Below are positions 1-11,757 of a stretch of DNA of 64,000 nucleotides, piece by piece. Origin of the DNA: Dendronephthya gigantea (lineage: Eukaryota); NCBI RefSeq assembly GCF_004324835.1, contig NW_021163026.1:2099271-2163270 (forward strand), read 5' to 3'. The notes beneath the pieces were generated by a model. That model was not told the origin of the DNA. It ran no database searches and worked only from the letters and a program-made list of their open reading frames with translations. The position numbers and the translations under genes are program-made. Each line of letters begins with the position of its first letter. Position 1 is the first letter of the stretch.

Positions 1-358
1 GGTGCCTCTTTCGCAGAACTTGATCCATACATGCATACGGTTTTCCGGAAAAAGGATATGAAGGAAGATTTGAATTATCTCTACCTTTGATTATTTTGTG
101 CTTGGAGAAGGTTCACTCTATAAGCATGCTCAACATCACAACGCAGGCTATTTGTAGCTTGATCCTCTTCAAACGGAAGAAATGTCACGGACTTGTCGTG
201 TTTATCTAAGAAACGGAATATGGATTTTAACAAGGGATATTAGCCGTTAACGATACAGAATTGAAGTGAAGATCTTTGAGCGAGCGATTAGACAAAACAA
301 AAACAGAAAGCTCAAAGTTTACGCGAGCAAATTTCCCTGCAAACAGACCAAACCATAC

Positions 359-725
359 CTTGAATAATCATCTCCAAAATATTACAGTGTCTACTTGATT
401 CGCGCGGTATCAATGATCTTATTTTTACTTCAACTGCACCCTCTTCCTCGTTAATTTTCCCTCCCTTCGGAAGACCCAACAAATCATCTCTCGAAATATT
501 TCCATTTCCCGTCATATTCTTTAAAACCAGCGCTAAAAAATCGCTTCCTTTTTCTGTGAAAAACGACTCTATTATGAACGATCCTACAAGTCGGCGGTTC
601 AAAACCTGCGGTCTTTCTATCCAGATCTTTAAAGCGCCGAAAAATGCCTCTTCTGTAGATATTGTGCTCAAAATCTCCTCGCAAACAAAACTCCATGATA
701 AACTCAACTCCTCGTCGGCCGCCAT
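359..725 (-). CDS. First coding exon of an uncharacterised gene that continues beyond the window start. The protein begins MAADEELSLSWSFVCEEIL...
   Basis: ATG at 725 on the minus strand. The 122-codon open frame ends at a good donor, CAAG|GTATGG, where the exon ends at 359. No recognisable domain; the downstream exons lie outside the window. Confidence 0.35.
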
Positions 726-901
726 ATTGGATTTCGTGTTATCGTGGTGTACTTCATGTAAGCTGTCATGTAATAATCAAAATCAGTCACCAGTTCCTTC
801 ATTCTCGAACAAGAAATGTGGAGCGAAAATTTAAAAAACAGAAATTCAAGAGTAGTTTCCCGTTGCTTTTAAAGCTATAAAATTTGCCAAATCTTTCCAA
901 G

Positions 902-2132
902 ATGTTGTGGCTTCTTCCAGTATTTATCAAGACATTGTTGTACCTATTTGGATGCCCAGTCGGCGGAGTTTTGTCGCTTTTCAGCAATGTTATTTATTCG
1001 GTATTTCTATTATGCATTATACCTGCTTACTTTTTGTATGCTGGCCCAGAAGCAGCCGTTCGACTTTCTTTGCTGCTTTGTGTTCATTCATTGCTGTTGG
1101 GGATGATTCCAAGAATCGTGGTATGTATGAAGACTGTCAGTAATGCCAGCTGATTGGTTAAAAAGAGACAGTGTCTACTGGTTTCAATATTAACAGCACT
1201 ATAGTGACAGGCCTACCATCTGATAGGTTACCATTTTTTTGCAGAAACTTATTGTTCCTATGGTAGAGCTGGTGTTATTTATTTCTCTGCTGTTCCTACC
1301 AATCAATGTCACACCACCAATAGCAGTCTGGTTCTATGAAAAGTTGCTGTATCTATCATCACCAATACTCTCTGTGTTTGAAGCAATAAACATTGTGCTC
1401 ATCATTATGAAAGGAAGCCAGATGGTTGTTGATCAAATTGAGGAGCATCCTAATGTGGTAAAGGTAGGGCGTGTAATCAATCACTATAGCTACTGTAAAC
1501 AGGGGGTTAACCACCATGGCACCAGCGACAAGGTGCCTGCATAGTTACAACAGAATTTGACTGGGTATGACCCCACACCCCAATAATGCGATCTTAGATA
1601 ACCTTTCTTGAATCATCATTTTGTGCTTGCATTTGTGTCCTAGTCTTTTCATAACTTAGGCATGCATTTCATGGATACAATTATCAAGTTTTATTTTCTA
1701 GTCGGTAATCCTTGGTGTGGCTACTGTGGCTACGGTACTTGGTTCTCTTTTATCTCACTACATTTACACTGTGTACTCAAGCCACTCTATCAACAGGTCT
1801 GTGCATTCGAAAATATACCCAGTAAACTTCCGCTACTGTTTCGCCCAGAGGTGTGGTAAAGATTACATCTCTTTTCAGGATCATTGAGGTTCTTGTGGTC
1901 ATAAGTTTAATATTACTTGTTCTCTCCTTGGTCAAAGATGAAGGTTGATGTGACTAAAAGTGTTTCCTATTTCTTAATCCTTTTTTCATTTCTCGAATTT
2001 CAAGCAGTTTTCTTCTTAAATTCTTCAACCTTTCTTCTTATCCTCTCCACAGGCATAATTAGTGAAGTTCCTTGCATATTTTTTGTGATGATGTGTGTTG
2101 TTTGGGCTCTGGCCAAAGAAAGTGTGTCATGA
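902..2132 (+). CDS. Five-exon gene for a ~225-aa multi-pass membrane protein, family unassigned.
   Basis: Exons 902..1120, 1245..1463, 1702..1796, 1879..1943 and 2053..2132. All junctions use GT/AG with polypyrimidine tracts, the phases are consistent, and the total is 678 nt (226 codons). Each exon encodes hydrophobic helices, e.g. LLPVFIKTLLYLFGCPVGGVLSLF, LVLFISLLFLPINV, ILGVATVATVLGSLL, IIEVLVVISLILLVLSL and CIFFVMMCVVWALA. Confidence 0.5.
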
Positions 2133-4292
2133 GCAAGAATCGTATTGAACCACCATCACTATGGCTCAAGTATGTGTCCAACTTTCTCGTCTTTTTGTTA
2201 CATAATCCAATTATGTTTATGGATTGTGTTTAGTCACTCTTCCTCTCATCTTTCCTCTGTATTAAACAGGCAGATTCCGAAACAATTGTCATTTCTTGAT
2301 GTAATAGCAAACATGGCTTCAAATGGATTTGGTAAGATTCACTTCATTGTCATTAGCTAGTTGTTGTCCGAAATTCTAGGAACTCCGAATGATTTAGAAA
2401 CTCTCAAATTCAAACTCAAATTTAAATAGGCACTTTTTTTTGCTCAAAAAATACAGAAGTAAAGTTAGTTTGAAGTCTACTTAGGTCAATATTATAGATA
2501 CAAGATACGACCTTCAAGAATTACATAGTTATTTTTTGGTTTTTTCAGCCTCGTTTCTTCAGATCAAAACGGTGTTTTTTCATCTGATCTCTCCATCGCT
2601 TCTGTTGATGTCTGCTGTCAGAGTATTGAGCTTGGCTTACATTTTGGGGCAGGTCAGAAGGAAGGTATGCCCAGTCCATTATATTATAGCTCAGTGGATC
2701 AATTAGTATGATTTGGCTGCCCCAGTGCGAAAGGACTGGAACTGATTGCATTTTCATGGAATTTAATAGTTCCGAGAAAGAACGAGCGATAGCGACAATG
2801 AAGAAGACGATGTCGATGATGAGGATAATTCTGAGAATTTTGACACCAACAGCGTGTTCTTTTCGCGTGTTGCGGTGATCTTCGTTTGCACGGAACTTCT
2901 TTTGCGTGCTATGCACACTGTCACGTCATCGAGCATCACGTCATCGATCTCGTATCCTAGCAACGAGGCATTTGATTCTCTGAAGCAGTTGGAGTCTTGG
3001 TGGGAGGAAACGGACATTGCGAAAAGTTTCTTGGATTTCAGAATATGGAGAATTGTGCAACTTTGTTTAATGGTAGTTGTTTATGTTTACAAACTTGTCT
3101 TTCGAGGCGAAGATGAAGATGACGACTGGTAAACAAACAGCAAAAACTCGCTTGGAATTTTGTCTAAAATTTCCACCGGAAAGCCAGATTCTGCTCTCGG
3201 ATCAGTTCAGCAGTTCAGAGTTGCGAAATGGGAACGTCTTCAAGACTTCAACCACCCCCATTTTCCACGATGAATTTTTCATACGTGGGTTCTATATACC
3301 TGCCTTGCTGAATTACTTGGAAATCCTCTGATATCCGCTAAATTGCTAATTCTTTAATACTTTACGCAAAGCGCAGACCCGTAATTATGGCTTGCCGCCT
3401 AATTAATTAATTGCAACAGAATGAAATATTTATAGCGGACTTCTCTTGACAAGTTCCAAGTCTTGGTTGTCTTTGCAGACATAGCATAGTTTCTGCTTAC
3501 AACGATTCACTTTAAAGTATTCCTAAAGGTAATATTTGATAGCTTATATCGGCTAGTTAAATTTCCATTTCCATTTCATAGTATGATTTTTAATTTCATC
3601 TTATTGTTTAATTATATATGCATTATTAAACAAAGTAATTTCAAAATGTGTCTCCACAGCGCATAAAAAACATATTTTTGGCTACGTTCATTGATTTATT
3701 GGCCAAGTCTTGTGTTGAAAGCGAGAAGTTTCGCGTTATTTTGAAGAGCAAGGTTTCTACATTTGCATTTTGACGCAAGATTTCAAAGGCATCGATAAAG
3801 AATCCAATTTATATTTGAATGCTTTTGTTTGTATTCATTTGAAAAATCTTCGTTGGTCCTTAATTTTTATTTACTCAGATGTTTCCTTTCTAAACGCATT
3901 CAGTGATATTAGCAGTTGAATTGAAAGAACTGGTCATCGCGTATTTGTTGTGTTAAATGGAACTTTAAAGAATCTTTTAAGAAAATATTTCCGCTGTTTG
4001 GCCGTGCATTGTCAACTATGAAAAGGGCTGCTTTCATTTGAATGACTATAGAACAGAAGTGAGGCCATTCGGAATTGCAAAAGGTTGGTGATTGCAATTG
4101 ACTCTGATAACGTACGTGTCTCCTACTTTTAAATCTACGCCGACGGGTTTGGAACGGATGCGGAATTGCGGAGTGAAAGCAGTCGCTGTAAAACGCTAAA
4201 AAACCCCGGCAAGGAGAAATCTCATTTAGCGTGGACAAGCTATTAGCTGTACAATTTGTGCAACAAATTTACACGAATCATCGTCGCTTAAT

Positions 4293-5261
4293 ATGTTTAA
4301 CAGTACGACAGCCCCTTTCGTAGACCCGTACGCCCCTAATTGGTTGAAATGGCGTGTTATTACCAACCCTTTCTTCATAATCCTGCACGTTCTCTCTCTG
4401 ATGACAAACCTCGTCATGCTTACAACGATGTTGAAAGATCCTTTGAAATGTTTTCGATCGATCTCATCATATTTGCTCTGCAATCTTCTCCTAAACGGTT
4501 TCATTCCAACGGTTGCCTATTGTATGTACGTGATAACCCTAGCCGCTGATACAATATACTTGGGTGTGTGGGCGCTGATAACTGGTTTTAATAATACAAT
4601 CATAGCTGTTCTACTACTCTCCCTAGACAGATATATTCTCGTCAGCCGTCCTATAAAGTACACTGTCATTTTGACGAAGTCCAGGGTCGCATTCACGCTC
4701 GCCTTGTCGTGGATTTTGACTGTGGCAATGGGCTACGGTGTAGCTCTTTACCAATATAATCTTTTCTCCAAGATTTTGGTTTTTGGGATTTTACCATTGC
4801 TTATGATTCTTGCGGTCGCGATCATCGTGGTAGATATCAAAACGTGGACCAGCGTCACGCATGCGCAGCTAGATCTTCAGCGCTTGGGGAATCGAAGCAG
4901 TTTGGACAGAAGAAGTGCGAGTTATCGTAGCGAGCTGAAGCGTGTTCAAACAGAGAAACGTTTCGCAAAAGTTGTTGTGTTATTGCTGTTCAACGTGCTG
5001 TTGTTTATACTTCCGCAAGCCGTTGTTGTTGCCTTGCGTTTACTAAACATTTGGTGTGATTCCTGCTTGAAATTCTTTGGTCGAGATGAAGCGTCTTTGT
5101 TTCAAATTTATATTTTCCCGTTGTTTTACCTAACAACTCCTATTCTGTATTTGGCGTTCATACCAAAATACCGCAAATCATTTGCAGTGTTGGTGAGCTG
5201 TTGTTTCAAGACTCGCCATCGTTGGCGTGTTCCGAGTTCTACCACGGGTAGTATCGACTGA
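4293..5261 (+). CDS. Intronless class-A (rhodopsin-like) GPCR, 322 aa.
   Basis: Single ORF from ATG 4293. It has 7 hydrophobic segments, a DRY motif (LSLDRYILVSRP) after TM3, and an NPxxY-position motif TPILYLAFIPKYRKSF in TM7. Confidence 0.85.
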   Translation: MFNSTTAPFVDPYAPNWLKWRVITNPFFIILHVLSLMTNLVMLTTMLKDPLKCFRSISSYLLCNLLLNGFIPTVAYCMYVITLAADTIYLGVWALITGFNNTIIAVLLLSLDRYILVSRPIKYTVILTKSRVAFTLALSWILTVAMGYGVALYQYNLFSKILVFGILPLLMILAVAIIVVDIKTWTSVTHAQLDLQRLGNRSSLDRRSASYRSELKRVQTEKRFAKVVVLLLFNVLLFILPQAVVVALRLLNIWCDSCLKFFGRDEASLFQIYIFPLFYLTTPILYLAFIPKYRKSFAVLVSCCFKTRHRWRVPSSTTGSID

Positions 5262-5552
5262 ATCATGTCGCATGGGCTTCACATGTTACTCGCGTGTCCT
5301 TACAAACGAGAAAGCCCATGATTTGTTTTAAAATTTATGTTTAAAATTAGGAACGGTTGATCTTGTTGTAGACAAGATTTCAAGTACAGAGTTCGCTTCA
5401 CATAAAAGATATTTTTGGATATTTTTAGCCATATTTCATGCATGCAAGTTCTCTGCAGCTCATCGTAGACACGAGACAATTATGCAAGAAAGATATTGAA
5501 TATATTTATTTAATTCATTATTTTACATATATTTCACTGCGTTGTATTTAAT

Positions 5553-6501
5553 TTAACAACAATTGATGATAGGCCCCGAGCAGACTCGTTCTCTTGCAAA
5601 GCATTTTTTGCAAACTGCTAAAAAGGACATACGATATTTTGGAATTAGGACAAGGTAAAACAAAGCCGTGTTTATATCATGAAAAATGAAGAGTACAATG
5701 CAAGCTGCGTAAAATTTATCGTCTGCAATTTGTTTGAATAAACAGAGCTTACAATTGTGATTAAACGTCTTCACAGTATGAAATACAAACAAAGGACAGA
5801 CGAAGAATATAAAGTTTAATAGTAAAAGCGCTACAACTAGAGCAAATTTACTTTGCATGTCAATTCGTTTCTTCATAACCTGGCTGTTTCTTCCCGATTC
5901 GATTTCAGCAACACCTCGAATAGTAGAGTTGACTTTTCTTATTTCGATGAAGGTTTTAACATCAATTGCAACTAGAAACAGCAGGGCAACCCCGAAAGGC
6001 AGATTTATCCATAAATATCCAGTGCTAGTCGTGTAGTGAGTGAGCACCCAGTACATGAATACACCAACCCCAACTGACCATATCCAAATTGCTCCTGCGA
6101 CAATTTGAACTCGCCGAAGAGTCATCATTTGCCGGTATTTTATTGGTGCCGTCACAAGAACGTATCGCTCCGAAGGAAAGAACGAATATGAACGTAAAAG
6201 AAGCGGTTGCGGCCACTGAAAAGATGGTGAAGAACACATGCAAAGTCATGCCCTTAGTTGAACGTATTGCTTTGAACACTGAAGATGAGATGCTTGTCAG
6301 CAAAGCTCCAACGTTTAGGCTTGCGACTAGATACCCACAGGGTCTTCGTAAGCTGTGCAACGGATCGATTAGGAACAGCGAAATTATTGTGATATTTATC
6401 AGGAAGCTGATCAGGCACAAGGTTATCACCAACGGTTCTGTAGTTTCGTTGAATAACACGAACTCTGGTATGGTAACGTTTCCATACAAGTTTGATGTCA
6501 T
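5553..6501 (-). pseudogene. GPCR paralog whose reading frame is broken by a 1-nt frameshift between TM3 and the ERY motif.
   Basis: Two overlapping minus-strand ORFs, 6025..6501 (TM1-3, ...SFTFIFVLSF) and 5553..6239 (ERYVLVTAPIKY ... TALFYLVLIPKYRMSF), together encode one GPCR. They only join if a single G is removed from the TTCGGAG run near plus coordinates 6168-6175. Confidence 0.55.
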
Positions 6502-8417
6502 GTTTCTTTCAAAGCTGTCCTAAGCGGAAGATTTCGCGTTCGTAGCCTTAGTGCATGCATCAAGTGTCACAAAACCAGCTGCAATTTCCCTTTTTTTAGA
6601 CATCACCCCACAGTTAATTTAAGACTGATTTATCAATGTTCTCTTTCATTAAAGCGCAAATGCCGGGTGGTTTCTTATTGAAAAGAGGTTCCTATTGCTC
6701 GGTAATGAAAAATATGTTTTGATCGGTAAAAAATTAGCAGATTACTCCGTGTTCAATACCGTATGTGTTTCCTTTTTTGAAAACTTTGGGGTAAAAATTA
6801 AATGCATGCCGTTTTATTTTTGAAGGGTCGATTAATATTAACGTGGTTTATGAAAATTATTAAATCAGTCCTTCTTTTGCACTAAATTTGGGATTAATCT
6901 CAACGTATATTTCACGATCTCTTTTTGGCAACACTGGTCACTAGATGGATGAAAAAATGATTGATCTAAAACATATACTATTTTAATCAGAATGTCAAAT
7001 TTGCTTGCCTGACTCCTTTTAAATCTTCTGATATCTTACGTAAACAATTTAAACTTCAACGTTTCAGTTTCTTTTGTGTGTTTTCCATGTCTCATAATTA
7101 TTTACTAGCGGTTTTTAATTAATAGCACAAGCTCTTGCTCAATAAATCGTCCATGTTTATACGCGTGCCTGCGTAATCTAACGTTGTGCTTTATTACGAG
7201 CCGATATTTTGACATGTGTCATTGGACATTAATATTCTTCACTTAATTTCACTCGGGGAAAAATTACAATTTTTTTAATACAATGCCGTGAACACACTAG
7301 GAAACATTGTTGCAAAGAAACGATTGTATTCCAAGCTGCTTTCTCAAATGTTTCCCTCTTTTTCCACTCGTGGAAACATCGATGCGGAAACAAGTTTGCT
7401 TCAATAGAAAGTAAAATGGTTTCCTATATAGCTACTGAGAACAGCGCCAACCGACCATGAATAAGCAATATTTGCATAAGGTTTATTGTAGCTATATGGT
7501 GAAAAAGATTCAGTGTGGCATGTTCCACCTGTGTATATATAAATCAACCAGAAATAGTCCAGTTTTAAAACGCTTTTTAGGGCTGTGAAGATATTCTTTG
7601 TTATACAAGGCTAATTTTATAGATTTTCAGGTTGATTTTTTGCGGCGTATGAATTATTAAACCAGTCATGGCCAATTACCGCTTCTAAGGGACGAAACTG
7701 GGCAAATATTTGGTATTACTTTGTATCGCGGAGATGCATTATGAGGCAGCTTCATGGAGTCTGTGTCATTTCTTCAACGAGCTTCTCTATCAATATTTTG
7801 AAAAGATGAGGAAAAACAAAAATTTGACAAAAGGAATAATATGCAAATATACGACTTCATGCAGACATAGAAATATACTATATACAATTAACAATTAAAA
7901 TATATTTGATTAACTGACTGCATGATGCAGGTGTTTCAACAAAGGGTCGTATCGCTTTAAGTTATCTTTAAATTTGAACTAACCTTTGTGTTGTGTCGAG
8001 AACGCTTTGGTCATTATCGCAATTGGGCGTGTGAACGATTAGATATTGAACTATAAAATCTCTCATCTTCTGGATTGAGGATTTCTGTGGTCATGTGAAG
8101 ACGTTAGGGTGGAATGAAGACGTGTAGAGAGGTTATTTAGAATTCTATTCAAAAGTTGAACACGTTCCTTTTGCCTCTAAAAGATTGGAAAGTGAAAGAT
8201 TGGATATCATCAGATATCGTTAATGACAGTCGGTTGAAACAGACAACTATGTAACTGTCGTAGATTTTGAAGTTTTTAAGGTTCGAAAAAGAGGTGTAGA
8301 TTCGGAGATCCTATACAGACTTCCACGTGTTTTCAGGCTTGTTTTATTCTGAGTGTAGCTTTCCTATGTAACTTTTTGCACAGCCAGAATTTTTCACAGC
8401 CAGAATTGAACACCGTA

Positions 8418-9383
8418 ATGAATGACATTATGAATGACACCGGAGGTTTGAACAACGTTCCAGAAGAAGGCTTGAATGAACCAGCATTTTTCGTCATCCG
8501 TATTATCTCTGCTATATTCTCTGCAGTTGGAATCCTCGTGAACATGGCGCTTGTGACAACATCAATTCTAGATCCCTTGAAGTGCCTTCGTTCAACCACT
8601 GGGATATTTATTTTTAACCTATCCCTCAGCAACCTCCTGTGTTCCCTGACCGTGTTCATTGCCAGTGCTTGGGGTCAAAGTATCCCGGACATTTTTACAC
8701 TCGTTTCTCAATGTTTCGCTGGAACTTCCTGCACGTTTGCTGTTGTGCTGTCTGTTGATCGACTTTTTCTGGTTGCTTATCCAGTTTGGTACAATCAAAC
8801 AGTCAACAACGTGAAACAGCTTCTCGTAAACATCGCTGTCTGGGTAATATCAGTTTCCTTAATCATATCCTACCATTACACGTATTTAAATCTTGGCAAC
8901 GATTGGAGAGCTCATTTCATGGCCGCTTTAACCGGAGTTAAACTCCTCCTATTCGTGTCAATCGATATTGCAACACTTCGAAAATTGAAGAGACTGCAAG
9001 AAAATTTCAAACAACAGATGAAAACCTCTGGCGTGGTGCAAACATCTGCAGAATTGAAGCGACTTCAGACTGAGAGACGGTTTTTCATCGTTGTTGTCGT
9101 AATGTTTGTTAACTTTCTTTTCTTCATCTTGCCAATTACCACTTTCTATCACATACGAATCGCCTTTCAAAGAGATATGGATGTCTCAATAGTTTCTGAC
9201 GATAGTTTTATAACAATTTTGTTTCTGTTGTTTTCGCTTCATTCCTTGGTGGATCCGGTCAGTTATTTTGCCGCGATCCAGAAATATCGGAAATCCTTTC
9301 TAGCTATGAAATACCCCGCACTCGTGATGAAAGGTTTAACCACTTTTTTAATGTCCTGCGCTGAAGTAAATCATCGACAATAG
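8418..9383 (+). CDS. Intronless class-A GPCR, 321 aa from Met at 8418.
   Basis: The ORF-track start at 8376 is a TTG; the first ATG in frame is 8418 (MNDIMNDTGG...). Seven TM segments, LSVDRLFLVAYP after TM3, and DPVSYFAAIQKYRKSF in TM7. Confidence 0.8.
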   Translation: MNDIMNDTGGLNNVPEEGLNEPAFFVIRIISAIFSAVGILVNMALVTTSILDPLKCLRSTTGIFIFNLSLSNLLCSLTVFIASAWGQSIPDIFTLVSQCFAGTSCTFAVVLSVDRLFLVAYPVWYNQTVNNVKQLLVNIAVWVISVSLIISYHYTYLNLGNDWRAHFMAALTGVKLLLFVSIDIATLRKLKRLQENFKQQMKTSGVVQTSAELKRLQTERRFFIVVVVMFVNFLFFILPITTFYHIRIAFQRDMDVSIVSDDSFITILFLLFSLHSLVDPVSYFAAIQKYRKSFLAMKYPALVMKGLTTFLMSCAEVNHRQ

Positions 9384-10286
9384 GTGCGTTTAAAAACACA
9401 CAAAAAAAGACAAAACACTCGTGTATCATTGTATATATATCTAGCTTTAGATTGTAGCGGTTTTCAATAAATTAAAACAATCCAAACTTTCTGTCATTTG
9501 ATGTTCATTTTTTGCTGAGAAAATCTCATTATAATATCTTTTATTCACAAGTCACAACCTTATTAAATTTTCCTTATTAAATTAAACTTATTAGACCACT
9601 CGTATACTCACTGCCTATATACTCCCTATTCCGGTGCTGTCCATGACAATTAATCAAATACTTCGATTTTCATAATATATATTCTCATAGCTAATTTATT
9701 GACTTTGGTTTTAACATATGGCATTGCGTGCTCTGGAAATATTAATAAAACTTATTCCTTTATCTTAAGTTACCCATTTAACATGCAGTATATATAATTC
9801 AGCGGTTTAATAAGATTTTTTCATCACGGGGATGGCAGCTGAACTAGCATGGTATAATTCTAATTTCACTGCGTCCATATATAACCGGCAAATTATAATT
9901 AGAAAGAATGTTTAATTAGTTCAGTGTATATGTCTTGAGTATTCATTTATTTTCTGGTGAAGCTTAGTGGATAAATGTTTCAATGAATAATGGTTGAAAT
10001 CTTGTAACGTTGTGGAAAATAGAATGTGGAAAGAGAGTGCAAGTCTTTTATGAGCGGCAAAATTATCGGAGGTAAAGTGCCTTAACACGATATTGCATTA
10101 AAAGAAATTGTTGGATATACGTTTAAACAATTTAAATATTTATCCAACCAAAGACTGAACTGGACAGAGGAGCGCGTAACAATAGAATCTTATCATCTAG
10201 AAGTAGTGTCAAGAGAACAATTTCAACATTGCATATTTCCTGAAGTTGTCAATTGATCAAAAAAATCTTTACTCGCGAGCTGAACG

Positions 10287-11213
10287 ATGTCGATGAATAA
10301 AACTATAAATGAATCCTTTCTTTTGACGAAATTCGACATCTTTAACAAAATAACTCTTCCTATATTTATCTTATCTGCAGTAATATGCTGGCTAGTTAAT
10401 ATAAGTCTGTTGATAACAATATTTATCGACCGTTTGCATTGCTTGAAGAAAGCTTCAGGACTGTTCGTCGCTTGTGCAAATTTGTCGTCAATTGTCTCCG
10501 CAATTTCGAACGTACTCTTTGCCTTGAAAAATTCAACGGGAACAAGAAACAGAGATCGCGTCTACTCAGACATCGTGGTATTTCTGATTGCCTCGTCCGT
10601 CACAAGCAACCTGGGTTTTATCGTTATATTGTCCGTCGAGCGTTTGTTGCTCACAGTCAAGCCAATGCGATACAAAATATTCATGACGCAGACCAAAGCG
10701 AAAGTCATTGCCACTTTTACATTCATCTTTTGTATTTGCTTGGGATTGCTTTGTTTCTGGATTGTAACGTACCAAAAAGATCTTTACGTCTACTACGCCA
10801 TTCCTATAATTATGATGATAATTCCTATTATCGTCGTGGATGCCTTAACTTTCTGCAAATTGAAGAAACCAAACAGAATTTTGAGTACGATTGATGGTAG
10901 CGATATTCAGCGTGCAATGGTCGCACGATATCGCGTGGAGAAGCGTTTTGCCCAAGTTGTTTTGCTGCTGTTGATAAACTTTGTGTTATTCTCGTGCCCT
11001 GTACTGGTTCTAGATTGGATTGGGCGCTTCGATAGCACATGCTCTGGTTGTTTGCTAGCGAGTAAGATGAACATGAAAACAATGTATTTTTTTGTGCTTC
11101 TGTTAGGGCAATTCCACGCAACAAATAGCGCCTTATTTTATCTTGTTCTCGTTCCTAAATATCGTCAATCATTCAAAGCGACATGGAAAGCAGCCATTTC
11201 ACATATTTTGTGA
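10287..11213 (+). CDS. Intronless class-A GPCR, 308 aa.
   Basis: ATG at 10287. Seven TM segments, LSVERLLLTVKP after TM3, and NSALFYLVLVPKYRQSF in TM7. It is a paralog of the other three GPCRs, sharing the KRFA/KYRxSF tail motifs. Confidence 0.85.
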   Translation: MSMNKTINESFLLTKFDIFNKITLPIFILSAVICWLVNISLLITIFIDRLHCLKKASGLFVACANLSSIVSAISNVLFALKNSTGTRNRDRVYSDIVVFLIASSVTSNLGFIVILSVERLLLTVKPMRYKIFMTQTKAKVIATFTFIFCICLGLLCFWIVTYQKDLYVYYAIPIIMMIIPIIVVDALTFCKLKKPNRILSTIDGSDIQRAMVARYRVEKRFAQVVLLLLINFVLFSCPVLVLDWIGRFDSTCSGCLLASKMNMKTMYFFVLLLGQFHATNSALFYLVLVPKYRQSFKATWKAAISHIL

Positions 11214-11757
11214 CTAACCAGACAGTATTCCAGTAAGCCTTACTATGCCTTAAAAATTGACATCTTTTGTTGCTTAAGAAGCAGTCTATTTGTAGATGTG
11301 TACGAAAACGGAAAGATTCATGTTATTTTTGTGCTTTATTTCAAGTAAACTATGATACAAGTAAACTATGACAGAATAATACACGTTTATACTCTCGACT
11401 GTTTCTGATTGAAGGAAGGCTTCCCTCAGTCTTGCCGAGAAATTAAGAAAGAGGTTTTGCCTGTTTCAACCTGTTTCTTGCGTGCGGAATGCGACGAGAA
11501 AGCGTGACGCACGCACACGAAGCTTCGAGGTACAAACACGCGAGACATCGAAAGTCATTGAATTTTCAACCAATGGCCTTTCAACAGCTACTGGTCTTGA
11601 TATATATACATATAGCCTACTGGAGTAAGGCAATGGTAATTTCGAAATTGTTGCAAGGCAATAAAATTACGTTTCACAATTGGATCATTTATCTGTGATT
11701 AGAATAAAGTATACTACAAAAATCTAGCTAATTAACCATCAGCTATTACGACATTTC

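Noticed and set aside
876-882. TATAAAA box.
   Set aside because: It lies only ~20 bp upstream of the ATG at 902, so a TSS 25-30 bp downstream of it would fall inside the CDS. Not credible as this gene's core promoter.
2545-3331. Several 84-123-aa ORFs on both strands between the membrane-protein gene and GPCR1.
   Set aside because: There are no splice signals tying them together, no domain signatures, and the frames overlap. They look like chance ORFs in AT-rich intergenic DNA.
10439-11124. Alternative-frame ORFs (151 aa +, 98 aa -) inside GPCR4.
   Set aside because: They overlap a clear 7TM ORF in another frame or on the other strand, and they have no motifs.
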